Source: a plasmid. Taken from it: a DNA stretch of 64,000 nt. Under the pieces are notes generated by a model that saw nothing but the letters and a program-made list of their open reading frames with translations, was not told the origin of the DNA and did no database searches. The stretch lies in the sequence record NZ_CP110904.1. One strand, given 5' to 3'. Numbering within the stretch: position 1 is the first letter of the stretch; every line of letters starts with the position of its first letter. Both the position numbers and the translations under genes were made by a program. Below are positions 55,573 to 64,000 of the stretch, one piece after another.

Positions 55573-56338
55573 ACCCGTTGTTCTGAGCGACCTTGACGAC
55601 ACGCTCTTTCAGACCCGTCGTAAAATGGTGGACGAGCTGGCCCTGGAGCCATTCCGTACCGGTGCCGTTGATCGTACCCTGAATCCACGAAGCTTTATGA
55701 CGGAAGAACAGTCCATGTTAGTGGACTGGCTTCTGGAGCAGGCTGAACTCATTCCCGTTACCGCACGGGGAACTGAAGAAATCAGCCGCGTACGGATCCC
55801 TTTCCACTCCTGGGCAATCACCACGCACGGGGCCGTCATTCTCACGCCTGAAGGCAACCCCGACGAGGAGTGGAAGGCCCATATGCTCGGCCAGCTGGCT
55901 CCCTATCAGGAAAAGCTGACATCGATGCAGCGACTGATCACTGAAATGATGGACGCAAAAGGGATTAATGCCTGGGCAAGACTGAACTTCGAATACGGTG
56001 AAACGGCGGTTTATATGGTGATGAAACACCGGGACAGCACACGCCTCGATGAGCTCACTGCTATTGCTGATGAAATTGAAAAGGTGTTCTCAACGGAAGG
56101 TTTCTACATCCATCGAAACAGTAATAACGTAGCCTGGCTCCCCACGCCGGTTGAGAAGGGGCGAGCTGTCAGTTGGCTGCTCGAAAAGCTTCGCGCTGAG
56201 CGCGGGGTTTTCCCCGTAATAGGTCTGGGTGACAGCCTGAGCGATCACCGTTTTATGAAACTGTGCAGCTGGTTTGGCATTCCGCGACAGAGTCAGTTTG
56301 CAGAGGCCATTTCACAGCGAATTTTTGGAGAAGAATAA
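55565..56338 (+). CDS. HAD-family phosphatase, ter-linked
   Basis: MNKPVVLSDLDDTLF motif I; start overlaps the upstream stop (ATGA); the listed ORF has an upstream extension. Confidence 0.75.
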   Translation: MNKPVVLSDLDDTLFQTRRKMVDELALEPFRTGAVDRTLNPRSFMTEEQSMLVDWLLEQAELIPVTARGTEEISRVRIPFHSWAITTHGAVILTPEGNPDEEWKAHMLGQLAPYQEKLTSMQRLITEMMDAKGINAWARLNFEYGETAVYMVMKHRDSTRLDELTAIADEIEKVFSTEGFYIHRNSNNVAWLPTPVEKGRAVSWLLEKLRAERGVFPVIGLGDSLSDHRFMKLCSWFGIPRQSQFAEAISQRIFGEE

Positions 56339-56339
56339 A

Positions 56340-57419
56340 ATGCAGCCACATGAAACATTCGCTGGCTCATACCAGCCCGGTGACGTGGAGTTTCTGCTAA
56401 AGCCGGTAGTCATTGAGATGACGCCGGTTGAGCAAAAAGAAGAGCTGATTCAGTCCGGAAAGAAACATTATTCGGACATGCTTAGCCAGGAGCCAGCACC
56501 CACACAATGGCATCTTGATTTGTTTCACCGGGCGCTGGATCGGGGGGCAGACCGGCTTGCAAAAGAAGTCACGCAGCTCGCTATTGCTCTGGTCGAACGC
56601 TTCGGTGATGAGCCCATCGTTCTGGCCAGTCTTGTCAGGGCAGGTGTGCCCCTCGGCGTTATGCTGCACCAGACCCTGCGTGATATGGGGAAAACCTCAT
56701 GGCATTACGGCATCAGTATCATCCGGGATCGCGGAATTGACAGTACAGCACTTGACGTCATTGAAGAACGACACGGTACCAGCGGTATTGTGTTTGTTGA
56801 CGGATGGACAGGTAAAGGTGCAATTACCGGAGAGCTTGTACGCGCACTAAAAGATCGCCCGGGCTATCCTGAGCAGCCGCGACTGGTTGTCCTGGCGGAT
56901 CCCTGTGGCTGCTCCTGGCTTGCTGCCAGTGATGATGACTGGCTCATTCCTTTTGGCATCATGGGTGCGCCGGTATCAGGCCTGATCTCCCGGTCAGTAT
57001 GGTCCTCTGAAGGATTACATGGGTGCATGGTTTGCGAGCATCTCAGTGAATTCGAATGCAGCCGGATGCTTGTCGATACCGTCGCTCATTTCCGTAAGAA
57101 GTTAACACCGACATCCCTCGCTCCCCTGAGCTGGAATACGGAGTCAGCCCGGATCTTATGGCAGACAAGTCGCGACGTTATCGCGTTCCTGGCCGATGAA
57201 TTTAAAGTGGACAGCGTCAATCGTATTAAACCCGGTATTGCTGAAGCAACCCGGGCTGTATTGCGTCGGGTACCGGACCATATATTTGTGCGTTCTATTG
57301 ACGACCCGGACGTTGCCTTGCTTGTAGGGCTTGCTCGTGAAAAGGGAATAGTTGTTACAGAAATGGGGGGAACCCTCGGCCAGTATCGGGCTGTAACCAT
57401 TATCAAGAAGGTACTCTGA
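56340..57419 (+). CDS. Phosphoribosyltransferase-domain protein, ter-linked
   Basis: 359 aa; IVFVDGWTGKGAITGEL PRTase-like motif. Confidence 0.65.
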   Translation: MQPHETFAGSYQPGDVEFLLKPVVIEMTPVEQKEELIQSGKKHYSDMLSQEPAPTQWHLDLFHRALDRGADRLAKEVTQLAIALVERFGDEPIVLASLVRAGVPLGVMLHQTLRDMGKTSWHYGISIIRDRGIDSTALDVIEERHGTSGIVFVDGWTGKGAITGELVRALKDRPGYPEQPRLVVLADPCGCSWLAASDDDWLIPFGIMGAPVSGLISRSVWSSEGLHGCMVCEHLSEFECSRMLVDTVAHFRKKLTPTSLAPLSWNTESARILWQTSRDVIAFLADEFKVDSVNRIKPGIAEATRAVLRRVPDHIFVRSIDDPDVALLVGLAREKGIVVTEMGGTLGQYRAVTIIKKVL

Positions 57420-58375
57420 TGAAAAATCGTCTTTCTCCCTGGAATCTGGGAGCCACGCTATACATGCCTGCAACACGGGAAGATATTGCTGATGCCGTCC
57501 TGCATGGGAAAATCCCGGGTTTGCGCTCTCTGGTAATTTGCCTTGAGGATGCTGTCAGTGAAGCAGACATCCCCATCGCCCTCAAAAATCTGGAGCACCT
57601 GCTGCACGAGCTCAGTAACAGCATGCGTAGCCTGGGTAAAAATGACTGGCCTCTGGTGTTCATTCGCCCCCGGCATGCCGACATGGGCAGATGGTTAAAA
57701 GCGCATTATGATCTTTCCGCTGTCGACGGGTTTGTGTTGCCGAAATTTACCCTCAGTTCGTTAGCTGAATGGTGGGATATCATGGGCGGGACTCACCTGT
57801 GCATTATGCCAACGCTGGAAACAGAAGACGTCTTTGACGTGGCTCAGATGCGGGAGCTGGCCACCCGTCTGGTGGAACATCCCTGCCACGACCGCATTAT
57901 TGCGCTTCGAATCGGCGGCAACGATCTTATGAACGTTGTGTCGCTTCGCCGTCCCCGGGACCTGACGCTGTATGACAGCCCGATGGGCTACGTCATCAAA
58001 ATGCTCGTTTCGGTCTTCGGCCCGCGTGATTTTGCCCTGACCGCGCCCGTATGTGAGCATATTGACGATCATGCCGTAATGGCCAGAGAGCTGGCTCTTG
58101 ATATGGCACATGGGCTTGTTGGGAAAACGGCCATTCACCCGGGTCAGATAGAGGTCATTCAAAACGCGCTGATGGTCACTCAGGGTGAGCATTCTGACGC
58201 TCTGCGGATCCTGAACTCTACCCAGGCCGTGTTTAAGTCGCAGGGAGCAATGTGTGAACCCGCCACACATCGCCGCTGGGCGGCTGGCATTCTGGACAGA
58301 GCTCGTTTTTATGGGTTACAGAACGAGCAAAGCGCTGATGGAATCAGATTACTTACCGTGACCCAGCATCATTAA
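57419..58375 (+). CDS. HpcH/HpaI aldolase / citrate-lyase-beta-like TIM-barrel protein, ter-linked
   Basis: 318 aa; start overlaps the previous stop. Confidence 0.65.
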   Translation: MKNRLSPWNLGATLYMPATREDIADAVLHGKIPGLRSLVICLEDAVSEADIPIALKNLEHLLHELSNSMRSLGKNDWPLVFIRPRHADMGRWLKAHYDLSAVDGFVLPKFTLSSLAEWWDIMGGTHLCIMPTLETEDVFDVAQMRELATRLVEHPCHDRIIALRIGGNDLMNVVSLRRPRDLTLYDSPMGYVIKMLVSVFGPRDFALTAPVCEHIDDHAVMARELALDMAHGLVGKTAIHPGQIEVIQNALMVTQGEHSDALRILNSTQAVFKSQGAMCEPATHRRWAAGILDRARFYGLQNEQSADGIRLLTVTQHH

Positions 58376-58385
58376 GGAAATCATA

Positions 58386-59594
58386 ATGGGGTTCAGGTTC
58401 AGAAAGTCGATCAACATTATTCCTGGTGTTCGCCTCAACCTGAGTAACGGTGCACCGAGCCTGAGTGTCGGGCCGAGAGGTGCTTCCGTTTCTTTTGGAA
58501 GCCGGGGGACCTATGCCAATCTGGGCTTGCCCGGTACCGGGCTGAGTTACCGTACCCGGCTTGACCGGGCCGCGCGTTCCGGAGGTGGGAACCGGACGGC
58601 TACCGACCCGGGGCTCAGACAGGCGCTTGAGCAGGAAGCCGCTGATCTCATGTCAGCGGTGACCGCAATCCGTAATATTCACGAGCTGACGCCGGATCCT
58701 AAAACAGGCATCAGCTGGGCAGAGCTGGAAGCTGTATACCTGCATAACAGAACGTCGCCTTTTCAGGTTCCGGCACCGGTGCGTCCAGAAAAGCCAGACT
58801 ATCTTGCATTGCCGGAAAAGCCTGCCGAGAGCGAAGGCATTAGTTTTCTGGGTAAATGGTTTGAATCGGAATCAGCTAAAGCTGAGCGCCACGCCGAAAA
58901 TCTTCGCCGGTGGCAGCAGGAGCTGATTGATGTGGAGCGTGAGAATACCCTTCGACAGCACCGGTACCAGCAACAACGGACGGCCTGGGCCGAACAGTAT
59001 GCAAACTGGAAGTTTGAGGCTGAAGAACATGAAAAACGGCTCGCCACGGCTCAGGCAGATGCCCGGCAGCAGTTCCGGACAGACGCCGCGTTTTTCGAAT
59101 CATACCTGGCGGGTGTGCTGGCAGAAACTGAATGGCCGCGTGAAACGCTTGTTGCATTTGAAGTAAAGCCGGAGCTATCAGCAGTCCTGCTGGACGTTGA
59201 TTTAGCTGAGATTGAAGATTTCCCTGATAAGATTTACGGCGTTAATGCCCGGGGCACGGAGCTGACGGAAAAAGCCATGACGCAAAAAGCCGTACGCGAA
59301 AACTATGCCCGCCACGTCCATGGCTGCTTGTTCCGCCTGGTCGGTATCGTTTTACATACGCTACCTTTCGACAACGTGATTGTGTCAGGCTTTACGCAAC
59401 GGGTCAGTAAGCGGACCGGCTATCTGGAGGATGAGTATATCCTGTCCTGCAAATGCACTCGCAGCCAGATGTCGTCAGTAAATTTTGCAGGCATAGAACA
59501 CATTGATCCGGTTGAAGCGTTAGGCGATCACCCTGTTATTCGAAAGATGAGCAGTACCTTCATTTTTCAGCCTATTGAACCACTAACCCTTTAA
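58386..59594 (+). CDS. DUF4236-like protein (402 aa)
   Basis: N-terminal MGFRFRKSINIIPGVRLNLS... characteristic of DUF4236; central Q/R-rich helical region. Confidence 0.6.
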   Translation: MGFRFRKSINIIPGVRLNLSNGAPSLSVGPRGASVSFGSRGTYANLGLPGTGLSYRTRLDRAARSGGGNRTATDPGLRQALEQEAADLMSAVTAIRNIHELTPDPKTGISWAELEAVYLHNRTSPFQVPAPVRPEKPDYLALPEKPAESEGISFLGKWFESESAKAERHAENLRRWQQELIDVERENTLRQHRYQQQRTAWAEQYANWKFEAEEHEKRLATAQADARQQFRTDAAFFESYLAGVLAETEWPRETLVAFEVKPELSAVLLDVDLAEIEDFPDKIYGVNARGTELTEKAMTQKAVRENYARHVHGCLFRLVGIVLHTLPFDNVIVSGFTQRVSKRTGYLEDEYILSCKCTRSQMSSVNFAGIEHIDPVEALGDHPVIRKMSSTFIFQPIEPLTL

Positions 59595-59611
59595 GCAGGC
59601 TAAATCTTACG

Positions 59612-60079
59612 ATGCAATTAAATACCAGACAGGCCCGGATTTTTAAGCTTGCCAACTTACTGGGCACCGGCAAGCCCGTTTCCGCTGCCGACATTATAAC
59701 CAGTCTGGAATGCTCAGAGCCGACATTAACCCGGGCCCTCAAAGAGCTACGCGAGTCATATTCTGCGGAGATCAAATACAGCAAGGCAGGTCATTCCTAC
59801 CATCTCGTTAATCCGGGCCAGCTGGATAAAAAGACCCTTCGCCGGATGAATGAAGCGCTCGCACAGAATGCTGAACTGAAAACCGGTGAGTCCACAGGGA
59901 AGGTCGTACTCGATAAGGATAAAAAAACAGCCGTGTCATTATCGCTACGCATGCGGATTTTAAGAAAAATTGACCGTCTGGCTGCGCTGAGTGGCTCGAC
60001 CCGAAGTGAAGCGGTAGAGAAGCTGGCTCTGCACTCCGTTGATGAACTGATAAAAGAATACAGCGCTAAAAAGTCCTGA
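59612..60079 (+). CDS. terW: TerW (predicted winged-HTH regulator of the ter region)
   Basis: 155 aa MQLNTRQARIFKLANLLGTGKPVSAADIITSLECSEPTLTRALKELRE... Confidence 0.8.
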   Translation: MQLNTRQARIFKLANLLGTGKPVSAADIITSLECSEPTLTRALKELRESYSAEIKYSKAGHSYHLVNPGQLDKKTLRRMNEALAQNAELKTGESTGKVVLDKDKKTAVSLSLRMRILRKIDRLAALSGSTRSEAVEKLALHSVDELIKEYSAKKS

Positions 60080-60543
60080 CGCTAAATCTCAGACCGGGGT
60101 GAAAACCCCGGTTTTGTCATATTTCACCTCTGTATCTGCGTGACGGAGTTTTGATCTATTCTCCTCCCGCAATGTCAGCAGCGCCTTTCTGCCTACAAAA
60201 CCTGGTGTCTTGACATCCTCTTGTGCTACACATCAATCTTTGGGCGTTTTACACTCCATTCATGCAGATCTGTGATGTATGATGAATTTCATACATAAGA
60301 CAGTTTATTTTTGCCCGAGTTTTTTCAGAAATCTTATATTCCAGTCCGGTCTGAATTATTTTTCTGTTGATAAGAGGCCATTCACATGTCGGTAATTCAA
60401 TGGTGGTTAACTTATTTCTTTAATGCCGCTTCTGAGTATTTAATCTCCACCCGACAGATGTCGTGCCGTTTTATCAAATCAACAAACCCTGGCCTCTTCC
60501 TGAAACTACTCTCCTCTTCCGATCTCTTAAGAAGGAATTACAT

Positions 60544-61182
60544 TTGAGACGCTTACCCGTATATCTGCTACTCGACACGTCCGGCTCTATGCACGGAGAG
60601 CCTATCGAAGCGGTTAAAAATGGCGTTCAGACGCTGCTTACCACGCTGAAACAGGATCCGTATGCACTCGAAACGGCTCACGTGTCAGTGATCACCTTTG
60701 ATTCTTCAGCCCGACAGGCAGTCCCCCTGACAGACCTCCTGAGTTTCCAGATGCCAGCACTAACAGCCAGCGGCACCACGTCTCTTGGCGAAGCGCTTTC
60801 CCTCACGGCCAGCTCCATTGCCAAAGAAGTACAGAAAACGACGGCTGACACTAAAGGTGACTGGCGTCCCCTTGTATTCCTGATGACGGATGGAAGTCCG
60901 AATGATGACTGGCGTAAAGGCCTGAATGACTTTAAAGCCGCCAGAACCGGCGTTGTTGTGGCATGTGCAGCCGGGCATGATGCCGATACCAGCGTCCTCA
61001 AAGAAATCACTGAAATCGTGGTTCAGCTCGATACAGCTGACAGTTCGACGATTAAAGCTTTCTTTAAATGGGTCAGTGCGAGCATTTCGGTAGGCAGTCA
61101 GAAAGTGGAGTCCAGCAAAAAAGAAGTGATCGGTCTTGAAGACCTGCCACCGCCGCCGCCAGAAGTAAATGTGGTCTTATAA
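60544..61182 (+). CDS. terY: vWA-domain protein (TerY family); likely TTG start, with an alternative upstream ATG at 60463
   Basis: TTG-RRLPVYLLLDTSGSMHG parallels the MRRLPVY.. starts of the two downstream paralogues; AAGGA RBS 8 nt upstream. Confidence 0.7.
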   Translation: MRRLPVYLLLDTSGSMHGEPIEAVKNGVQTLLTTLKQDPYALETAHVSVITFDSSARQAVPLTDLLSFQMPALTASGTTSLGEALSLTASSIAKEVQKTTADTKGDWRPLVFLMTDGSPNDDWRKGLNDFKAARTGVVVACAAGHDADTSVLKEITEIVVQLDTADSSTIKAFFKWVSASISVGSQKVESSKKEVIGLEDLPPPPPEVNVVL

Positions 61183-61204
61183 TTTTATTAATTAAGGGGA
61201 TGTC

Positions 61205-61846
61205 ATGTCTGTCAGTCTGAGCAAAGGCCAGGGCGTAAGCCTGAAAAAAAATGAATACGATCTCTCGTCCGTTACTATCGGCCTGGGTTGGGATATTAAT
61301 GAGGAAAAGAAAGGTTTCCTCGGCGGGATCTTTGGTAAAAAAGAAGAAGAATACGACCTTGATGTGATCGCTTTCCTGTGTAATTCAGCCGGAAAGGTGA
61401 CCGATCTCGGCAATGTGGAAAATGGTAAACCAACGCTTGTGAATGGCGATATCATCTTTTTCAACAGCCTTCGCCATAAGTCAGGCAATATCTGGCTGAC
61501 GGGCGATAACCGAACCGGAGCCGGTGACGGTGACGATGAGCAAATTATTGTGCGCCTGAATTCCCTTGACGCTCAGTACGAGAAAATTGTGTTCATCGTT
61601 CAGATCTACAATGGTGAAAAGCTCCAGCAGCACTTTGGTAAAGTTCAGAATGCCTTCATCCGGGCAGTAGATGCCCGTAATATTGAAATGGCACGATTCG
61701 ATCTTTCTGGCGGACCCGCCTTCGCCAGCCAGCGCTCCATGGTCTTTGCCGAGCTGATACGCGAGGCTACAGGCTGGAAACTCAGGGCAATTGGTGAGCC
61801 TTCAGAATCAGATTCGTTTGTCTCGCACCTGAGGAATTACATGTGA
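61205..61846 (+). CDS. terX: TerX (TerD-family protein)
   Basis: 213 aa [30 protein letters not shown]...GDNRTGAGDGDDE. Confidence 0.85.
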   Translation: MSVSLSKGQGVSLKKNEYDLSSVTIGLGWDINEEKKGFLGGIFGKKEEEYDLDVIAFLCNSAGKVTDLGNVENGKPTLVNGDIIFFNSLRHKSGNIWLTGDNRTGAGDGDDEQIIVRLNSLDAQYEKIVFIVQIYNGEKLQQHFGKVQNAFIRAVDARNIEMARFDLSGGPAFASQRSMVFAELIREATGWKLRAIGEPSESDSFVSHLRNYM

Positions 61847-62484
61847 TGCGCCGCCTGCCTGTTTACCTTGTTATCGACACATCCGGCTCGATGCGCGGTG
61901 AGTCAATCCATTCCGTTAACGTTGGAATTCAGGCGATGCTTAGCGCTCTTCGCCAGGATCCCTACGCCCTCGAAAGCGTTCATATCTCCATTATCACCTA
62001 TGACAATGAGGCGCGTGAGTTCATTCCTCTCACGCCGCTGGAAGACTTCCAGTTTTCTGACATCGTTGTGCCAAGCGCAGGCGGGACGTTCACCGGTGCT
62101 GCCCTTGAATGTCTGATGCAGTGTGTTGAACGGGATGTACGTCGCTCAGATGGTGATACCAAAGGAGACTGGCGTCCTCTGGTATTCCTGATGACTGATG
62201 GAACCCCTTCTGATGCCCTGGCGTACGGTGAAGCGGTAAAAGCGATTCGCGGCCGGGGATTCGGATCCATCATTGCCTGCGCCGTTGGTCCTAAAGCAGG
62301 CCATGAGCACTTAAAACAGCTCACCGATAAGGTTGTGTCTCTGGAGACGCTAGATTCAACCGCGTTTGCAGGTTTCTTTAAATGGGTATCGGCCAGCGTG
62401 TCTTCCGGCAGCACAAGCGCGGGGATCAATAACGGAACTGATACCCTTCCCCCTCCTCCACCAGAAATCCAGCTGGTGCTCTGA
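61843..62484 (+). CDS. terY: vWA-domain protein (TerY family), second paralogue
   Basis: MMRRLPVYLVIDTSGSMRGESI...; shares the C-terminal FFKWVSASVS and PPPPE motifs with the first copy. Confidence 0.85.
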   Translation: MMRRLPVYLVIDTSGSMRGESIHSVNVGIQAMLSALRQDPYALESVHISIITYDNEAREFIPLTPLEDFQFSDIVVPSAGGTFTGAALECLMQCVERDVRRSDGDTKGDWRPLVFLMTDGTPSDALAYGEAVKAIRGRGFGSIIACAVGPKAGHEHLKQLTDKVVSLETLDSTAFAGFFKWVSASVSSGSTSAGINNGTDTLPPPPPEIQLVL

Positions 62485-62569
62485 CAGACAGAAAGGTGCT
62501 GCTTTCCGGGCAGCACCTTTCTGTACAGCAACGTTTTCTGCTGGCCGTACCAGCCGTACGAGGAAAATT

Positions 62570-63610
62570 ATGAGACGCCTTCCCGTGTTTTTTGTCCTGG
62601 ACTGTTCAGAGTCCATGATTGGTGAAAACCTGAAAAAAATGACTGATGGTCTGCAAATGATCGTCGGAGATTTAAGAAAGGATCCACACGCACTTGAAAC
62701 AGCCTGGGTTTCGGTAATCGCATTTGCCGGTGTAGCCCGTACGATTGTACCTCTTCACGAAATTGCCTCGTTCTACCCTCCCCGCCTTCCCGTTGGCGGC
62801 GGTACGAGCCTTGGGGCCGCATTGCGTGAGCTGACCGTGCAAATTGATACCCAGGTCAGAAAAACCACTCATGAGGCTAAAGGCGACTGGAAACCCGTCG
62901 TGTACCTCCTTACCGACGGACGTCCGACTGACGACACAACCGCAGAAGTGAAGCGCTGGAAGGATCACTACGCGAGTAAAGTGAATCTCATTGCCGTTGG
63001 CCTGGGGCCGTCAGCGGACCTGAATATCCTGCGGCAACTGACAGAGAATGTCATGCTGTTCACCGAGTCTCAGGAAGGGGACTTTACCCGCTTCATCAAA
63101 TGGATCACGGCTTCGGTTACGGCGCACAGCCGCAGCGTCGGGGACGACAAACAACCTGAGCTCAGCCAGACTGAATACATAGTCCGGCTGGCCAAGGACG
63201 AGCCAGTAAAAGCGTATGACGAAAACTGCGTTACGCTTACCGGCCGTTGCAGCAAGACCCGTCGTCCGTACCTGATGAAGTATGAACGGCCACCAGCAAG
63301 GGTTTCCGGGCTCGATTTCAGCCTGAACCTGAACAGCTTTAATATTGCCGGATGCTATCCCATCGATGAGGACTATTTTGCGTGGTCAGATGCCACCGCT
63401 ACCGGTTTGCAGGTAAATACCAGCGAACTGCATGGCGTACCGGGTTGCCCCCACTGCGGTAATGCCAGTGCGTTTGCCCTGTGCTCATGCGGAAAGTTGC
63501 TGTGTATTGACGGCCCGGATGACGTGATCTGCCCGTGGTGTGAAACAGGCCTGTCATTCAGCAATGATGGCGGAAACACTAACTTCGACGTAAACAGAGG
63601 GAGAGGTTGA
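62570..63610 (+). CDS. terY: vWA-domain protein (TerY family), third paralogue with a C-terminal Cys4 zinc-ribbon-like module
   Basis: MRRLPVFFVLDCSESMIG...; C-terminal CPHCGN...CSCGKLLC...CPWCE. Confidence 0.8.
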   Translation: MRRLPVFFVLDCSESMIGENLKKMTDGLQMIVGDLRKDPHALETAWVSVIAFAGVARTIVPLHEIASFYPPRLPVGGGTSLGAALRELTVQIDTQVRKTTHEAKGDWKPVVYLLTDGRPTDDTTAEVKRWKDHYASKVNLIAVGLGPSADLNILRQLTENVMLFTESQEGDFTRFIKWITASVTAHSRSVGDDKQPELSQTEYIVRLAKDEPVKAYDENCVTLTGRCSKTRRPYLMKYERPPARVSGLDFSLNLNSFNIAGCYPIDEDYFAWSDATATGLQVNTSELHGVPGCPHCGNASAFALCSCGKLLCIDGPDDVICPWCETGLSFSNDGGNTNFDVNRGRG

Positions 63611-64000
63611 TGTCGCAAAATGCTTTACTTGAAGAGAAGATTATCCGCTTAGTTCTGTCTGAGCTGGGCCACCCTGTTGAAGGTGAGCGGATTTTACTTC
63701 TATCGCAGGACCCATCCCTTACCGAAGAAATTATGCGGCTTAAAGAGCGGATTGAGAGCCTTGCACAGGGTTTATCTGCGCGGGTTAGCGAAGGTGATAA
63801 CGACGCAGAGATTGCCGCCTCGTCAGCATCCAGTCTTTCCGATCAGCAACAAACGGTCGTAAGTGTTGCTGATAACCCGGGCATTGACGCTACCGATACA
63901 CCATTACTGCAACCCCTGCCAGAAAATGTACCTCATCCTCCGTTCTGGAAGCTGATGCCTTATTACGAATTTGATAAACCAGCACAGAGGGAAGACGAAA
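63610..64000 (+). CDS. Hypothetical protein, 5' partial view (the ORF continues beyond the window end)
   Basis: ATG overlaps the terY stop, GGGAGAGG RBS, open frame to position 64000. Confidence 0.5.
   Translation, partial: MSQNALLEEKIIRLVLSELGHPVEGERILLLSQDPSLTEEIMRLKERIESLAQGLSARVSEGDNDAEIAASSASSLSDQQQTVVSVADNPGIDATDTPLLQPLPENVPHPPFWKLMPYYEFDKPAQREDE

Overview
The window reads as a mosaic segment of a large resistance plasmid; I suspect an IncHI-type backbone from the gene content, but that is inference. (1) Positions 2..22950 are a Tn21-family mercury-resistance transposon. Its left inverted repeat (IR) is split by an IS4321/IS5075-type insertion sequence. It carries merRTPCADE and a truncated urf2, into which a complex class 1 integron is inserted at IRt; right of IRi follow tnpM, res, tnpR and tnpA. 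The integron contains IRt, tniA truncated by IS26, mph(A)-mrx-mphR(A), IS6100, a 123-bp inverted IRt fragment, padR, chrA, truncated orf5, sul1 and qacEdelta1. Its cassette array is aadA2, gcuF (orfF) and dfrA12, followed by attI1, intI1 and IRi. (2) Positions ~22.9-43.4 kb are moderate-to-low-GC accessory backbone of mostly uncharacterised genes. These include an orphan Dcm-type C5 cytosine methyltransferase in a four-gene operon, a secreted SNase-family nuclease operon, and an AT-rich island encoding an FRG-domain protein and a SEC-C-motif protein. A three-gene AT-rich locus (Zn-ribbon protein, a 546-aa protein and an overlapping 157-aa protein) sits between an ISNCY-family insertion sequence and adjacent IS5 and IS1 copies. 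An orphan HAD hydrolase follows IS1. (3) An ISEcp1-blaCTX-M unit (CTX-M-1 group, CTX-M-3-like, 127-bp spacer) lies immediately downstream of terF. (4) The tellurite-resistance region has terZABCDE, a membrane ORF and terF on the minus strand. Divergently transcribed from it is the ter-linked cluster of an ATP-grasp enzyme, two phosphoribosyltransferases (PRTases), a HAD phosphatase, an HpcH/citrate-lyase-like protein and a DUF4236 protein. terW, three vWA (TerY) genes and terX follow. No rRNA, tRNA or CRISPR array was seen. The most interesting unexplained content is the IS-flanked three-gene locus at 37.5-40.2 kb, the FRG/SEC-C island at 32.3-35.1 kb and the Dcm operon at 25.9-29.2 kb.
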